This document shows positions 17,578 to 26,264 of a stretch of DNA of 58,483 bases, piece after piece. The notes below the pieces were generated by a model. The model made no database searches. It had not been told where the DNA came from and worked only from the letters and a program-made list of their open reading frames with translations. Location: the NCBI GenBank assembly GCA_009924095.1, contig RFSG01000003.1, forward strand, positions 1 to 58,483, given 5' to 3'. This stretch comes from Sphingobacteriia bacterium (GTDB taxonomy: Bacteria; Bacteroidota; Bacteroidia; J057; RFSG01). The translations under genes and the position numbers were made by a program. How positions within the stretch are numbered: position 1 is the stretch's first letter; each line of letters starts with the position of its first letter.

Positions 17578-18348
17578 ATGAACATTCTTAAAGTTGGCAG
17601 TCAAGGGGCAGAAGTAACTGCCTGGCAATACTTTCTTATCGGAAAGGGTTTTTATCAGGGTCAGGCAGATGGGGATTTCGGTCCGAAAACATTGGCTGCA
17701 ACCCAGGCGTTCCAAAGTCAAAATGGTTTACATCCCGATGGTGTAGCCGGGAACCGAACCCTTGGGATTGCCATGCAACAAGGTTTTGGCTTATTACAAG
17801 ATCCCTCTGTTGATAAAAGTGGAAGTAATTGGCCTCCTAAGCCTACCCAGTTTTCGCCTATTCTTAACAAAGATGAAGTATTTGGAAAAATCGAGTTTGT
17901 ACCTAACCCAACTGCTGATAATCCGGAAGGAATTAAAATCACTAACAACTGGGATAAAACCCATATAGAAACCTTCGACGTTCCTCAGTTAACCAAAATT
18001 AAAGGTTCTGCTAAGGTTACTTTTCACAAAGCTGCAAAACCCCAAATGATCAAATTATGGAAAGATTGGGAAGATGCCGAATTATTACATTTAGTATTAA
18101 CCTGGGCAGGCACCTGGAATCCCAGATTTATCAGGGGTTCTCGTTCTGTTTTAAGCCAGCATGCATACGGAACTGCCTTCGACATCAATGTAGAATGGAA
18201 TAAATTAGGCGCAGTACCTGCACTCGTTGGACAAAAGGGATCCGTAAGGGAATTGGTGAAGATTGCGCAGGAAAATGGATTCTATTGGGGCGGTTTCTTT
18301 AGCCGCTTAGATGGGATGCATTTCGAGGTATATAAACTTATTTCCTGA
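17578..18348 (+). CDS. PG_binding_1 domain + M15-family (VanY/endolysin-type) zinc peptidase, no signal peptide
   Basis: N-terminal peptidoglycan-binding repeat (GAEVTAWQYFLIGKGFYQGQADGDFGPKTLAATQAFQSQNGLHPDGVAGNRTLG). C-terminal M15 zinc motifs SQHAYGTAFD (SxHxxGxAxD) and DGMHFE. Confidence 0.9.
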   Translation: MNILKVGSQGAEVTAWQYFLIGKGFYQGQADGDFGPKTLAATQAFQSQNGLHPDGVAGNRTLGIAMQQGFGLLQDPSVDKSGSNWPPKPTQFSPILNKDEVFGKIEFVPNPTADNPEGIKITNNWDKTHIETFDVPQLTKIKGSAKVTFHKAAKPQMIKLWKDWEDAELLHLVLTWAGTWNPRFIRGSRSVLSQHAYGTAFDINVEWNKLGAVPALVGQKGSVRELVKIAQENGFYWGGFFSRLDGMHFEVYKLIS

Positions 18349-18417
18349 TTAGCAGAAAACATAAGGAAACATAAGTAAATAAATCTATAATTATATTTAT
18401 CAAATTAATAAATATAG

Positions 18418-19069
18418 TTACCATCCCTGCTCCCCGATTAAGGGAACAAATTTTACCGGATCGGCAGTTTGAGAAATCCACTTTCCTTCCGGAGTTAGGC
18501 TAAGCACTTGTAATACTTGTTTCTCTTTTGTTCCTACTGGCATCACAATGATTCCACCCGGAGCTAATTGTTGTAAACATGACTCCGGAATATTCGGCCC
18601 GGCTGCGGTAATGATAATTCTTTCATACGGTGCCCAGGTATCCCACCCTAAGCTACCATCTCCCCCTTTCATTCGAGGGAGGCTTATACCCTAAGCGATT
18701 TAAGGTTACCTGGGCTTTGTGATATAAGGGGATATGCCGCTCTACGGTAAATACCCTGGCACCTAAGGCACATAAAACCGCACATTGATAGCCTGAACCG
18801 GTACCAATCTCCAGCACTTTCATCCCAGCTTTTACTTGCAGCAATTCCGTTTGCCTTGCAACCGTAAGCGGCTGACTGATGGTTTGTCCTTCTCCAATCG
18901 GTAAGGCCTGATCTTTATAACTTTCTTCAGCTAACAAATCATCCACAAAAAAATGCCGGGGAACTGTACGTATGGCTTCCAATACTTGTGTATCCCGAAT
19001 GCCTTTCTGCTGAAGGGTTTTTACAAGTTTCTCCCGTAACCCTTTGAGTTTATAGGTATCCTCCAGCAT
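18418..19069 (-). pseudogene. pcm: Protein-L-isoaspartate O-methyltransferase, split by a frameshift
   Basis: ORF 18653-19069 carries the N-terminal part with SAM motif I (VLEIGTGSGYQCAVLCAL). ORF 18418-18672 carries the C-terminal part (GDGSLGWDTWAPYERIIITAAGPNIP...LIGEQGW). The frames switch between RLGYK and MKGGDG, near 18655-18690. Confidence 0.9.
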
Positions 19070-19111
19070 AATTATATAAGGAACATCAAACCATACAAGC
19101 CCTTACCTCTT

Positions 19112-20385
19112 TTACTCATACTGATAATATCCTTCCCATTTGTTTTTTAAAAACGTCCGAATCTCTTTTTCTTTTCCTACCTCCTTCGGATCATAAAAGA
19201 TAGTTCCCTGATACTCTTCGGGAAGATAACTTTGGTTACCTTCTTTCCCCTCAAAGCTATGGGAATATTTATAATTTTTTCCATAACCTAACTCTTTCAT
19301 TAGTTTGGTAGGTGCATTGCGAAGATGCAAGGGCACCGCACCTTGGGGATGCATTCTTACAAAAGACAAGGCTGCATCAATGGCTTGATACGATGCATTA
19401 CTTTTTGGGGAGGTGGCTAAATAGGTTGCCACTTGACTTAAGATAATTCGGGCTTCCGGCATGCCTATTTTTTCAATGGCTTGATATCCGGAAGTTGCTA
19501 ATAACAAAGCATTAGGGTTTGCATTGCCAATATCTTCCGAAGCCAAGATCACCATTCTACGGGCAATAAACTTAATATCTTCTCCCCCTTCGATCATTAC
19601 TGCCATCCAATATAAAGCCCCATTCGGATCACTTCCACGTAAGCTTTTAATAAATGCAGATATTATATCATAATGATACTCTCCTGTTTTATCATACACC
19701 GCAATCGTTTGTTGCGCAACCGACATTACCATAGAATCTACAATAACCACGGGGCGTTCTTCCGCTTGCATGACCACCATCTCTAATAAATTCAAGGCTT
19801 TTCGAGCATCTCCTCCAGAGAATCTATACAAAGCCTCGGTTTCTTTGAGTTCAATGGGGATTTGTTGTAACACCGCATCGCTCTGAATGGCTTTTTGAAA
19901 CAAGACCAAAAGTTTAACACATAAATCTGACATCTGGAACGTAAAGCAGGAATAATTTCAAACGATGGATTTTCAGTAGTAGCTCCAATTAAAGTAACCC
20001 ATCCTTGTTCAACAGCTGTTAATAATGAATCCTGCTGTGTTTTATTAAAGCGATGTATTTCATCAATAAATAAAATTAAACCAGGTCTGAGGGCAGCTTT
20101 TTCTAACACCTCTCTAACTTCCTTTACGCCCGAACTGATAGCACTCAGTTTCACTACGGGCCGCTCGGTAGTAAGCGCAATAACTTGGGCGAAGGTTGTT
20201 TTCCCCACACCCGGTGGACCCCATAAAAGGATAGAAGGAATTCGTTGCGCTTGAATAGCCTTTATTAACGGGCTGTTGGGTCCGGTTAGATGTTCCTGAC
20301 CAATGATGTCCCCTAACTGTTGAGGACGCATACGCTCAGCTAATGGACGATGATTTCCGGGGGTACCAAATAGTTCTGGATTCAT
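19112..20385 (-). pseudogene. rarA: Replication-associated recombination protein A (MgsA/RarA AAA+ ATPase), split by a frameshift
   Basis: ORF 19792-20385 has Walker A GPPGVGKTT, Walker B LFIDEIHRFNK and sensor LIGATTENPSF...RSRCQIYVL. ORF 19112-19933 has the C-terminal MgsA_C region (GGDARKALNLLE, YDIISAFIKSLRGSDPNGALYW, LRNAPTKLMKELGYG). The switch lies near 19905-19918. Confidence 0.9.
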
Positions 20386-20416
20386 TTCCTTCAGAAAATC
20401 CGGGTAACCCTAAACA

Positions 20417-21568
20417 TTAAGGATGAGCCTTAATAATACGAATATGTTGACCTGCTTGGGAGAATATATAAATCCCCACTGGATACTGATTAAAATCAAT
20501 CCTACGGGAGTTAGCATCTGCATAACCCCTTGCCAACACTGAGCCTTGTATATCGGTTAATTCCCATTCCCCTATAGAGGCTACTTCTAAATAGTCCTGA
20601 ACAGGATTAGGATATATTTTAATTGTGGAAATGGAAGTTAAGTTCTCTGCTGAAACACTCCAATCAATTTGTTCTACAAACACAAGGGTATCATTGAAAA
20701 TACTATCATCTTTTAAAGCAGGGATGGGCTCTTTCCAAACGGTAAATGAAAAAGTACCCAAGTCGGTAGCAATCCAATCTACAGGAATTTGTAACCATTT
20801 GGATTGATTGATTTTCAATCCTAAAGAATCAAACAAATGCGCTCCTGATTGATTGGTAATCGGTTCATACCACACCAGATAAACAGTATCCTGTTCGATG
20901 ATTCCTCTATTTCTTACTTCCACCCAAACTTGTAAAGTAGAATCTCCTCGAGCAGGTTTGCGGTTTAATCCAGCCCGATCTAGAGATACATCTTTTAAAG
21001 GAGCTACCGTAAAATGAACTTCGTCGAGATACAAAATAAATTTATTTAGGGAGGTTTGTTTAAAAACGATGCGCACTGCTTGTCCATCTAAAAAAGACAA
21101 ATCATAACTATAATAATAGCCATAAGGATCAACCCAAGTAATTGTATCTAAGGGTTGATATAAGGAAGTATCGCCGCTTGCGGGGAAATACCCTATCTCC
21201 AGTGTTTCTATATTATCCGGATCCACCGATTTAGCCCAAAAAGAAAAGCAGGTTTGATTTTGAATATTTACCGAAGGGAGGATTAGCCAGTTATTAGCAG
21301 GAATCGTATCAGTGTACCAGGAAGGAGCCGCCATTAGGGTATTCAGGGTATCTTGAGTATCCTGAATTTGTTGCCATCCGTGCGACAATCCAGTCCACGC
21401 ATCCGGAATTCCAGTATCTAAGGAAAACAGGGTATAGTTTGTAGTTAAGGGAAGATTAAAATCAAATACTGCAATACTACTTCCCGAACAAGGATAGGAC
21501 TGTGTCCATGCTTTATGAGGAATAAACCCTACTAAAATGCTAACCAGAATTAGACTAATACGAATCAT
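20417..21568 (-). CDS. Secreted hypothetical protein with a T9SS type-A C-terminal sorting domain
   Basis: Has a signal peptide (MIRISLILVSILVGFIPHKAWTQ) and a C-terminal Por_Secre_tail pattern (IKIYPNPVQDYLEV...GIYIFSQAG). Confidence 0.75.
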   Translation of the reverse strand: MIRISLILVSILVGFIPHKAWTQSYPCSGSSIAVFDFNLPLTTNYTLFSLDTGIPDAWTGLSHGWQQIQDTQDTLNTLMAAPSWYTDTIPANNWLILPSVNIQNQTCFSFWAKSVDPDNIETLEIGYFPASGDTSLYQPLDTITWVDPYGYYYSYDLSFLDGQAVRIVFKQTSLNKFILYLDEVHFTVAPLKDVSLDRAGLNRKPARGDSTLQVWVEVRNRGIIEQDTVYLVWYEPITNQSGAHLFDSLGLKINQSKWLQIPVDWIATDLGTFSFTVWKEPIPALKDDSIFNDTLVFVEQIDWSVSAENLTSISTIKIYPNPVQDYLEVASIGEWELTDIQGSVLARGYADANSRRIDFNQYPVGIYIFSQAGQHIRIIKAHP

Positions 21569-21609
21569 ACTTCTAAATTACGATAACCTAAGGTTAGAAT
21601 TGGGAATTC

Positions 21610-23169
21610 TTATTTTAAACAATCTTCCCAAGGAGAAGAAAGTGCCATCTTAGCTTCAATTTCTGAGGGTAGTTTAGGTGTAGAAACTTCCAGATAATTG
21701 GCTTCGGTAGAAGTAACAATGGCTAAATCAGAAACAACAACTGAGAGCCCCCACCATTCTTTAGGACAAGGACTTTGGGGAAAGATATACAGGGCTGGTT
21801 GAAGTCGAATGACAGTACCTGCTTGAACGGATTGCCAGGTTCCAGGATCAGATTTAGATTGCCCTCCATACGACAGTAAAGCGTGCATGATATATTTATC
21901 AGCTTCAGAATCTGAGGAAATGATTCCATTTTCTTTTAATCCTTTGACTAAAGTTTGTTTCATGATCTGATGCACGTCTGTAAGTGGGGTTCCGGGCTTA
22001 AGGGCTTTTAATCCTGCATCTTGTGCTTTCAGCACTAGCGTTAATAAAGATTTCTGGGCAGCAGAATATTGTCCTGAAACCGGGAGGGTTCGAGTAATAT
22101 CCCCTAGCATGGATCCCGATTTACATGCAATTTCAACTCTCACCAAATCCCCCGAAACCAGAGGGGCAGGATTTACTTCAGCATGTGCAGGATATAACAT
22201 ACGCTCCCCAGTTATTAGAATTGGAGAAGAATAATGTTGTGTTTGTTTGCTGCACATCAAAGCAAGAAGTGCCTTCAAACTAGATTCAGATTGCCCTGGG
22301 GAAAGCACGGACATAAGTTCTGTTATCACCTTTGAAGATTGCTGGCCGGCGGCTTGCAGTTGGGTTAAGGTTTCTGGACTTTTTTTCTCCCGCACCTTAT
22401 CCATAATTTTCAGCAAAGGGCTCATGGCATATGGGCGATTAACCCATTGGGGTTTTACATCCGCAAATTGAAGTGCCGAAGACATGTTTTCAGCGGCGGT
22501 CAATGTAGGATCTGACTTTAGTTCAGGATAATAATTGCGATATATTTTGGCTAACCTAGCGACTTTATCATATTCTTCCACTGGCGTTTGTTCAATCATT
22601 TGGAACACTTGTTCCATGGGCTTTGAATAGATAGAAGGAAGATTTAATCGGTTTCGAAGGGCACCTAATGCAGCTTCATAACTTTCAACCCCAGGTTGGG
22701 TCGTAAGGATGGGAGGCAAGCTGGTAAACAGATATTGACGAATCTGTTGGTTTCTAAATAAGTCTTCCAATAACAGTGGAAATTCTTGCAATTCTAGGAT
22801 AACATCCACTCCGGTTTTATTTTTCCATACTTGAGCAGAAAGGATAGGGCCTGTCCAATATACATTCCATGGACTATTTCCCGGTACAAATAATACCTCT
22901 TGAAAAGTTTTTCCTTGCCAGGTTATTTTCTCTTGAAACAAGAGTAAAATTGCGGGCGAGGAGGAATTACCGCATAGGTATTCATAATCTTGCTGAGATC
23001 GATCAGATGTATTAGCAGGATACGAAAAAAAAACTGCTGCTGATTTTTCCGGAAGCAAGTAACGTACTTGATTCCGGGAAGCATAAAAAGTGTTATCGGT
23101 AGATTGAGCTCTGGTAACAGGTATACTTAAGCTTAAAATCCCAAGTAATACCAGGCATTTGCCAAGCAC
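21610..23169 (-). CDS. Secreted aminopeptidase P/M24-fold homologue with degenerate metal site (probable pseudo-peptidase)
   Basis: Has a signal peptide (GTG start, MLGKCLVLLGILSLSIPVTRAQ). The pita-bread fold block GDLVRVEIACKSGSMLGDITRTLPVSGQYSAAQ aligns with E. coli PepP [33 protein letters not shown]. Downstream ligand positions are substituted (see finding). Confidence 0.8.
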   Translation of the reverse strand: MLGKCLVLLGILSLSIPVTRAQSTDNTFYASRNQVRYLLPEKSAAVFFSYPANTSDRSQQDYEYLCGNSSSPAILLLFQEKITWQGKTFQEVLFVPGNSPWNVYWTGPILSAQVWKNKTGVDVILELQEFPLLLEDLFRNQQIRQYLFTSLPPILTTQPGVESYEAALGALRNRLNLPSIYSKPMEQVFQMIEQTPVEEYDKVARLAKIYRNYYPELKSDPTLTAAENMSSALQFADVKPQWVNRPYAMSPLLKIMDKVREKKSPETLTQLQAAGQQSSKVITELMSVLSPGQSESSLKALLALMCSKQTQHYSSPILITGERMLYPAHAEVNPAPLVSGDLVRVEIACKSGSMLGDITRTLPVSGQYSAAQKSLLTLVLKAQDAGLKALKPGTPLTDVHQIMKQTLVKGLKENGIISSDSEADKYIMHALLSYGGQSKSDPGTWQSVQAGTVIRLQPALYIFPQSPCPKEWWGLSVVVSDLAIVTSTEANYLEVSTPKLPSEIEAKMALSSPWEDCLK

Positions 23170-23178
23170 AGGTTAGGC

Positions 23179-23418
23179 TCAAAAAGTTATTCCTTGATTT
23201 TTTTGAAGGTCTTTCAAAACATTAAAGATCCCTTTTTTGCTGATGGTTTTAATTGCGGAAGTAGAAACCCTAAGGGTTACCCAACGATCTTCTTCTGGAA
23301 TATAAAACCTTTTGCTTTGCAAGTTTGGATTAAACCTACGTTTGGTTTTATTATTCGCGTGAGATACGTTATTTCCCGTCATTGCTTTTTTTCCGGTAAT
23401 CTGGCAAACTCTTGACAT
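23179..23418 (-). CDS. rpmB: 50S ribosomal protein L28
   Basis: [34 protein letters not shown]... is the canonical L28 N-terminus. Length is 79 aa. Confidence 0.95.
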   Translation of the reverse strand: MSRVCQITGKKAMTGNNVSHANNKTKRRFNPNLQSKRFYIPEEDRWVTLRVSTSAIKTISKKGIFNVLKDLQKNQGITF

Positions 23419-23675
23419 GGCTCTATTCTTTTTTTTTAAGCGGAATGCAAATATCCGAATAATTATGGATACTACAAAAAGTAACTTTAGTTATGGTTCT
23501 AAATCTTGTTTAATGCGCAAAAAGATCGGGTTTTATTAACCCTCAATCAGGAATAAAACTGAAAAATTGTTCCTTATTATGAAAAAAATTGATACATTAT
23601 GAATGAAAAACCCTTAATTTCGTAGGCGAAAAGCGCATTCTTTGTAAAGAAGGTTAGAATTTAAATAGAATACCC

Positions 23676-24206
23676 ATGAAAAAAATTATTACTTTATTAT
23701 TATTATCTGTAGGTTTGATTTTGCCCCTGTTAGCAGGTGTTGCGCCTAGCAGAGAAATGAAAGGAATGCGTAAAGGGAAAACAACGCTTTCCCCTACATC
23801 CCTTGAAGCACCCGTAGCACCCATAGCGCAACCTGAACAAATTGCTAGTCAGACTGAGAAAACGGATCTTGTTAAAACAACAAAAACCCAAAATGCTCCT
23901 CAGACAAAATCTGTAAGCAAGGGTAACAAAGCCTCTAAAAATGTTACTAAGATTGGGATTGGCGCCGTTAAGAATCTTTTCAAATCTGCACATAATTTAA
24001 AATCTTCTTTCAAACAAAAAGGCAGTAACCAGTTTTTAAGAATTGCCATTACCATCTTTTTATTTGTACTTTTTATATTCCTAATCGCTATGTTGATTGG
24101 GGTAATTTTCGATGATATTTTTATTCTCTTTTACATCGCCCTAATTTGCTTATTGTTATGGACGTTGTTGTTTATTATCGGAAACTTAGGATTGAAGAAA
24201 AGATAA
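23676..24206 (+). CDS. Hypothetical membrane-anchored protein with a low-complexity Lys/Thr/Gln-rich region
   Basis: Has a signal/anchor MKKIITLLLLSVGLILPLLAG, and a C-terminal pair of hydrophobic helices (IAITIFLFVLFIFLIAMLIGVIF, FYIALICLLLWTLLFIIG). I recognised no family. Confidence 0.5.
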   Translation: MKKIITLLLLSVGLILPLLAGVAPSREMKGMRKGKTTLSPTSLEAPVAPIAQPEQIASQTEKTDLVKTTKTQNAPQTKSVSKGNKASKNVTKIGIGAVKNLFKSAHNLKSSFKQKGSNQFLRIAITIFLFVLFIFLIAMLIGVIFDDIFILFYIALICLLLWTLLFIIGNLGLKKR

Positions 24207-24232
24207 TAAACAGATTTATAAAATAATTTACT

Positions 24233-24266
24233 AAAAAAAAGACCCTGCTGATTAGGGTCTTTTTTT
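24233..24266. terminator. Bidirectional rho-independent terminator
   Basis: AAAAAAAA-GACCCT-gctgatt-AGGGTC-TTTTTTT, sitting between convergent genes. Confidence 0.7.
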
Positions 24267-24307
24267 ATGTATTATTATCCAGAAATAGGAGATGATTAAC
24301 AGATTAT

Positions 24308-25153
24308 CTATACCGCATTTAAAAAATATCCTAAGGCAAACCCTACGGAGGCAACGCCATTTGTGGTCATAAAAGCAATGTTAATCTTAGAATAATCTTG
24401 GGTTGAGAACAAGGTATGTTGATAGGCTAATAACATTAAAAATATTCCTCCCCCTACCCAGTATCCTAGTCCTCCATCGGTTAATACACCGAAAAGCCCT
24501 AAACTTAAAGCGCTTAATAGATGTAATATTCTAGCAAACGTAATAGATCGAGATATTCCTAACCATACTGGAATACTATTTAATTTTTGGGCTCGGTCGA
24601 ACGTAGCATCTTGTAAGGAATAAATAATATCAAATCCACTTACCCAAGTAAGTACTAAAAACCCTAAACATACCGGTGGCCAAGCAAAGGATTCAGTTAC
24701 GGCTAACCATGCTCCCACCGGTGCCAGCGATAAGCCCAACCCTAATACCAAATGGCATAAGGAGGTAAATCGTTTGGTATAGGAATACCCTAAAATTACC
24801 AATAAAGCTACCGGGGAAAGCCAGCAAACTAAAGGGTTAATCCATGCCGTTAACAAAACAAATCCCATACTATTCAAGATTACAAATAGCAGAGCATTCC
24901 TAGGAGATATGATTCCTGCAGGAATTTCTCTGTTTTGGGTTCGAACATTTATCTTATCAATATCTCGATCTAACCATCTATTAAATCCCATCGCCGCATT
25001 ACGTGCAAACACCATACACCCAATTACCTTGAGCACCAGCAATCCGGTCACGGAATAATGAGATTGATATGCTAAGAATACACTTACAATTGCAAAAGGC
25101 ATTGCATAAACGGTATGTGCAAACTTTACTAAAGAAAGATATTTTTGAATCAT
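24308..25153 (-). CDS. UbiA-family aromatic prenyltransferase
   Basis: Multi-TM protein with the first Asp-rich motif NRWLDRDIDKINVRTQNREIP and a second YSLQDATFD motif typical of 4-hydroxybenzoate polyprenyltransferase-like enzymes. Confidence 0.85.
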   Translation of the reverse strand: MIQKYLSLVKFAHTVYAMPFAIVSVFLAYQSHYSVTGLLVLKVIGCMVFARNAAMGFNRWLDRDIDKINVRTQNREIPAGIISPRNALLFVILNSMGFVLLTAWINPLVCWLSPVALLVILGYSYTKRFTSLCHLVLGLGLSLAPVGAWLAVTESFAWPPVCLGFLVLTWVSGFDIIYSLQDATFDRAQKLNSIPVWLGISRSITFARILHLLSALSLGLFGVLTDGGLGYWVGGGIFLMLLAYQHTLFSTQDYSKINIAFMTTNGVASVGFALGYFLNAV

Positions 25154-25224
25154 AGATTTTGGCTGATAAATTTACCCTTGTATAGATGTATATTTACAAA
25201 TATACCGTATCCCTATTTATTATT

Positions 25225-25542
25225 ATGCCTCCGAAATACAAACAATACATTTTCATTTGTACGAATGAACGTCCCGAGGATCATCCCCGTGGGTCCTGTG
25301 CCGGACGGAACAGTTTAGCCGTATTAGATGCGCTAAAGGCTGAAATCCGAACTGCAGGTTTACTTACAGAAATCAGAAGTAATAAATGTGGATGTATGGA
25401 TATTTGCGAAAGTGGCCCTAATATCCTGATCACACCCGATAATATCTGGTATAAGCAGGTGGCCGTTGAAGATGTTCCTGAAATTGTAGAAGAACATTTG
25501 AAAAATGGTCGTCCTGTGCAAAGATTAATTGCCGAAGCTTAA
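25225..25542 (+). CDS. Thioredoxin-like [2Fe-2S] ferredoxin
   Basis: YIFICTNERPEDHPRGSCAGR...CGCMDICESGPN is the typical Cys pattern of (2Fe-2S) ferredoxin-domain proteins. The start is set at ATG 25225 (MPPKYKQ). Confidence 0.75.
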   Translation: MPPKYKQYIFICTNERPEDHPRGSCAGRNSLAVLDALKAEIRTAGLLTEIRSNKCGCMDICESGPNILITPDNIWYKQVAVEDVPEIVEEHLKNGRPVQRLIAEA

Positions 25543-25546
25543 TCCC

Positions 25547-26209
25547 CTACTCTGCTTCTTGGGGTGATTCCTGCGCCGATTGAAAGGGATTCATGCGTTG
25601 ATTCCATTCGGCATGAAACATTTCATTTATTTCTTCAATATATCCTAAGACTTCCTCTCTTCCCTGTGTCTTTTCTGCTGAAGTATAAAACATAGGCGGT
25701 AATACTTGCCATTTCTCAGATAGGGTTTCTTCGTATATGGCAAGATTATGGGTGAGTTGCGATTTAGATAGTTTATCTATTTTGGTAAAAGCGATACTAA
25801 AGGGCAATTCATGTTCTGCCATAAAGCGCAATTGCTCCAAATCATTTTTTTGAGGTTCCAGGCGGATGTCAACCAAAATAAAAGTATTCATCAAAAATCT
25901 CCGCTTTAATAGATAACCTGTGATAAGATTTCTAAATTTTTCTCGTGTGGTTTGAGATGCTTTTGCATATCCATATCCCGGTAAATCCGCCAATATCCAT
26001 CGGTCTTCAACTGTAAACAAGTTTATAGTTCTTGTTTTTCCGGGGGTGGAAGAAGTATGTGCCAAATTCTTACGATTCGTCAGCATATTAATGAGGGAAG
26101 ATTTCCCCACATTAGAGCGACCGACAAACGCATATTCAGGTAGATTCGGCACTGGTAATTGATCCGGATCGGGATGGGATATTAATAATTCTACCTTTTG
26201 AATATGCAT
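25547..26209 (-). CDS. engB: Ribosome-biogenesis GTPase YsxC/EngB
   Basis: PEYAFVGRSNVGKSSLINML (G1), DLPGYGYA (G3), TKIDKL (G4). The start is set at ATG 26209 (MHIQKVELL). Confidence 0.9.
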   Translation of the reverse strand: MHIQKVELLISHPDPDQLPVPNLPEYAFVGRSNVGKSSLINMLTNRKNLAHTSSTPGKTRTINLFTVEDRWILADLPGYGYAKASQTTREKFRNLITGYLLKRRFLMNTFILVDIRLEPQKNDLEQLRFMAEHELPFSIAFTKIDKLSKSQLTHNLAIYEETLSEKWQVLPPMFYTSAEKTQGREEVLGYIEEINEMFHAEWNQRMNPFQSAQESPQEAE

Positions 26210-26264
26210 AATACTGTAAATATACTTATAATAGTTACTATTTATAACCAAGTTTATTATCTAC

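Noticed and set aside
14772-18417. Considered whether this stretch is a prophage remnant or integrative element
   Set aside because: I found no integrase, transposase, phage structural gene, flanking tRNA or flanking direct repeats. Only the endolysin-like gene and the small TA-like pair hint at mobile ancestry.
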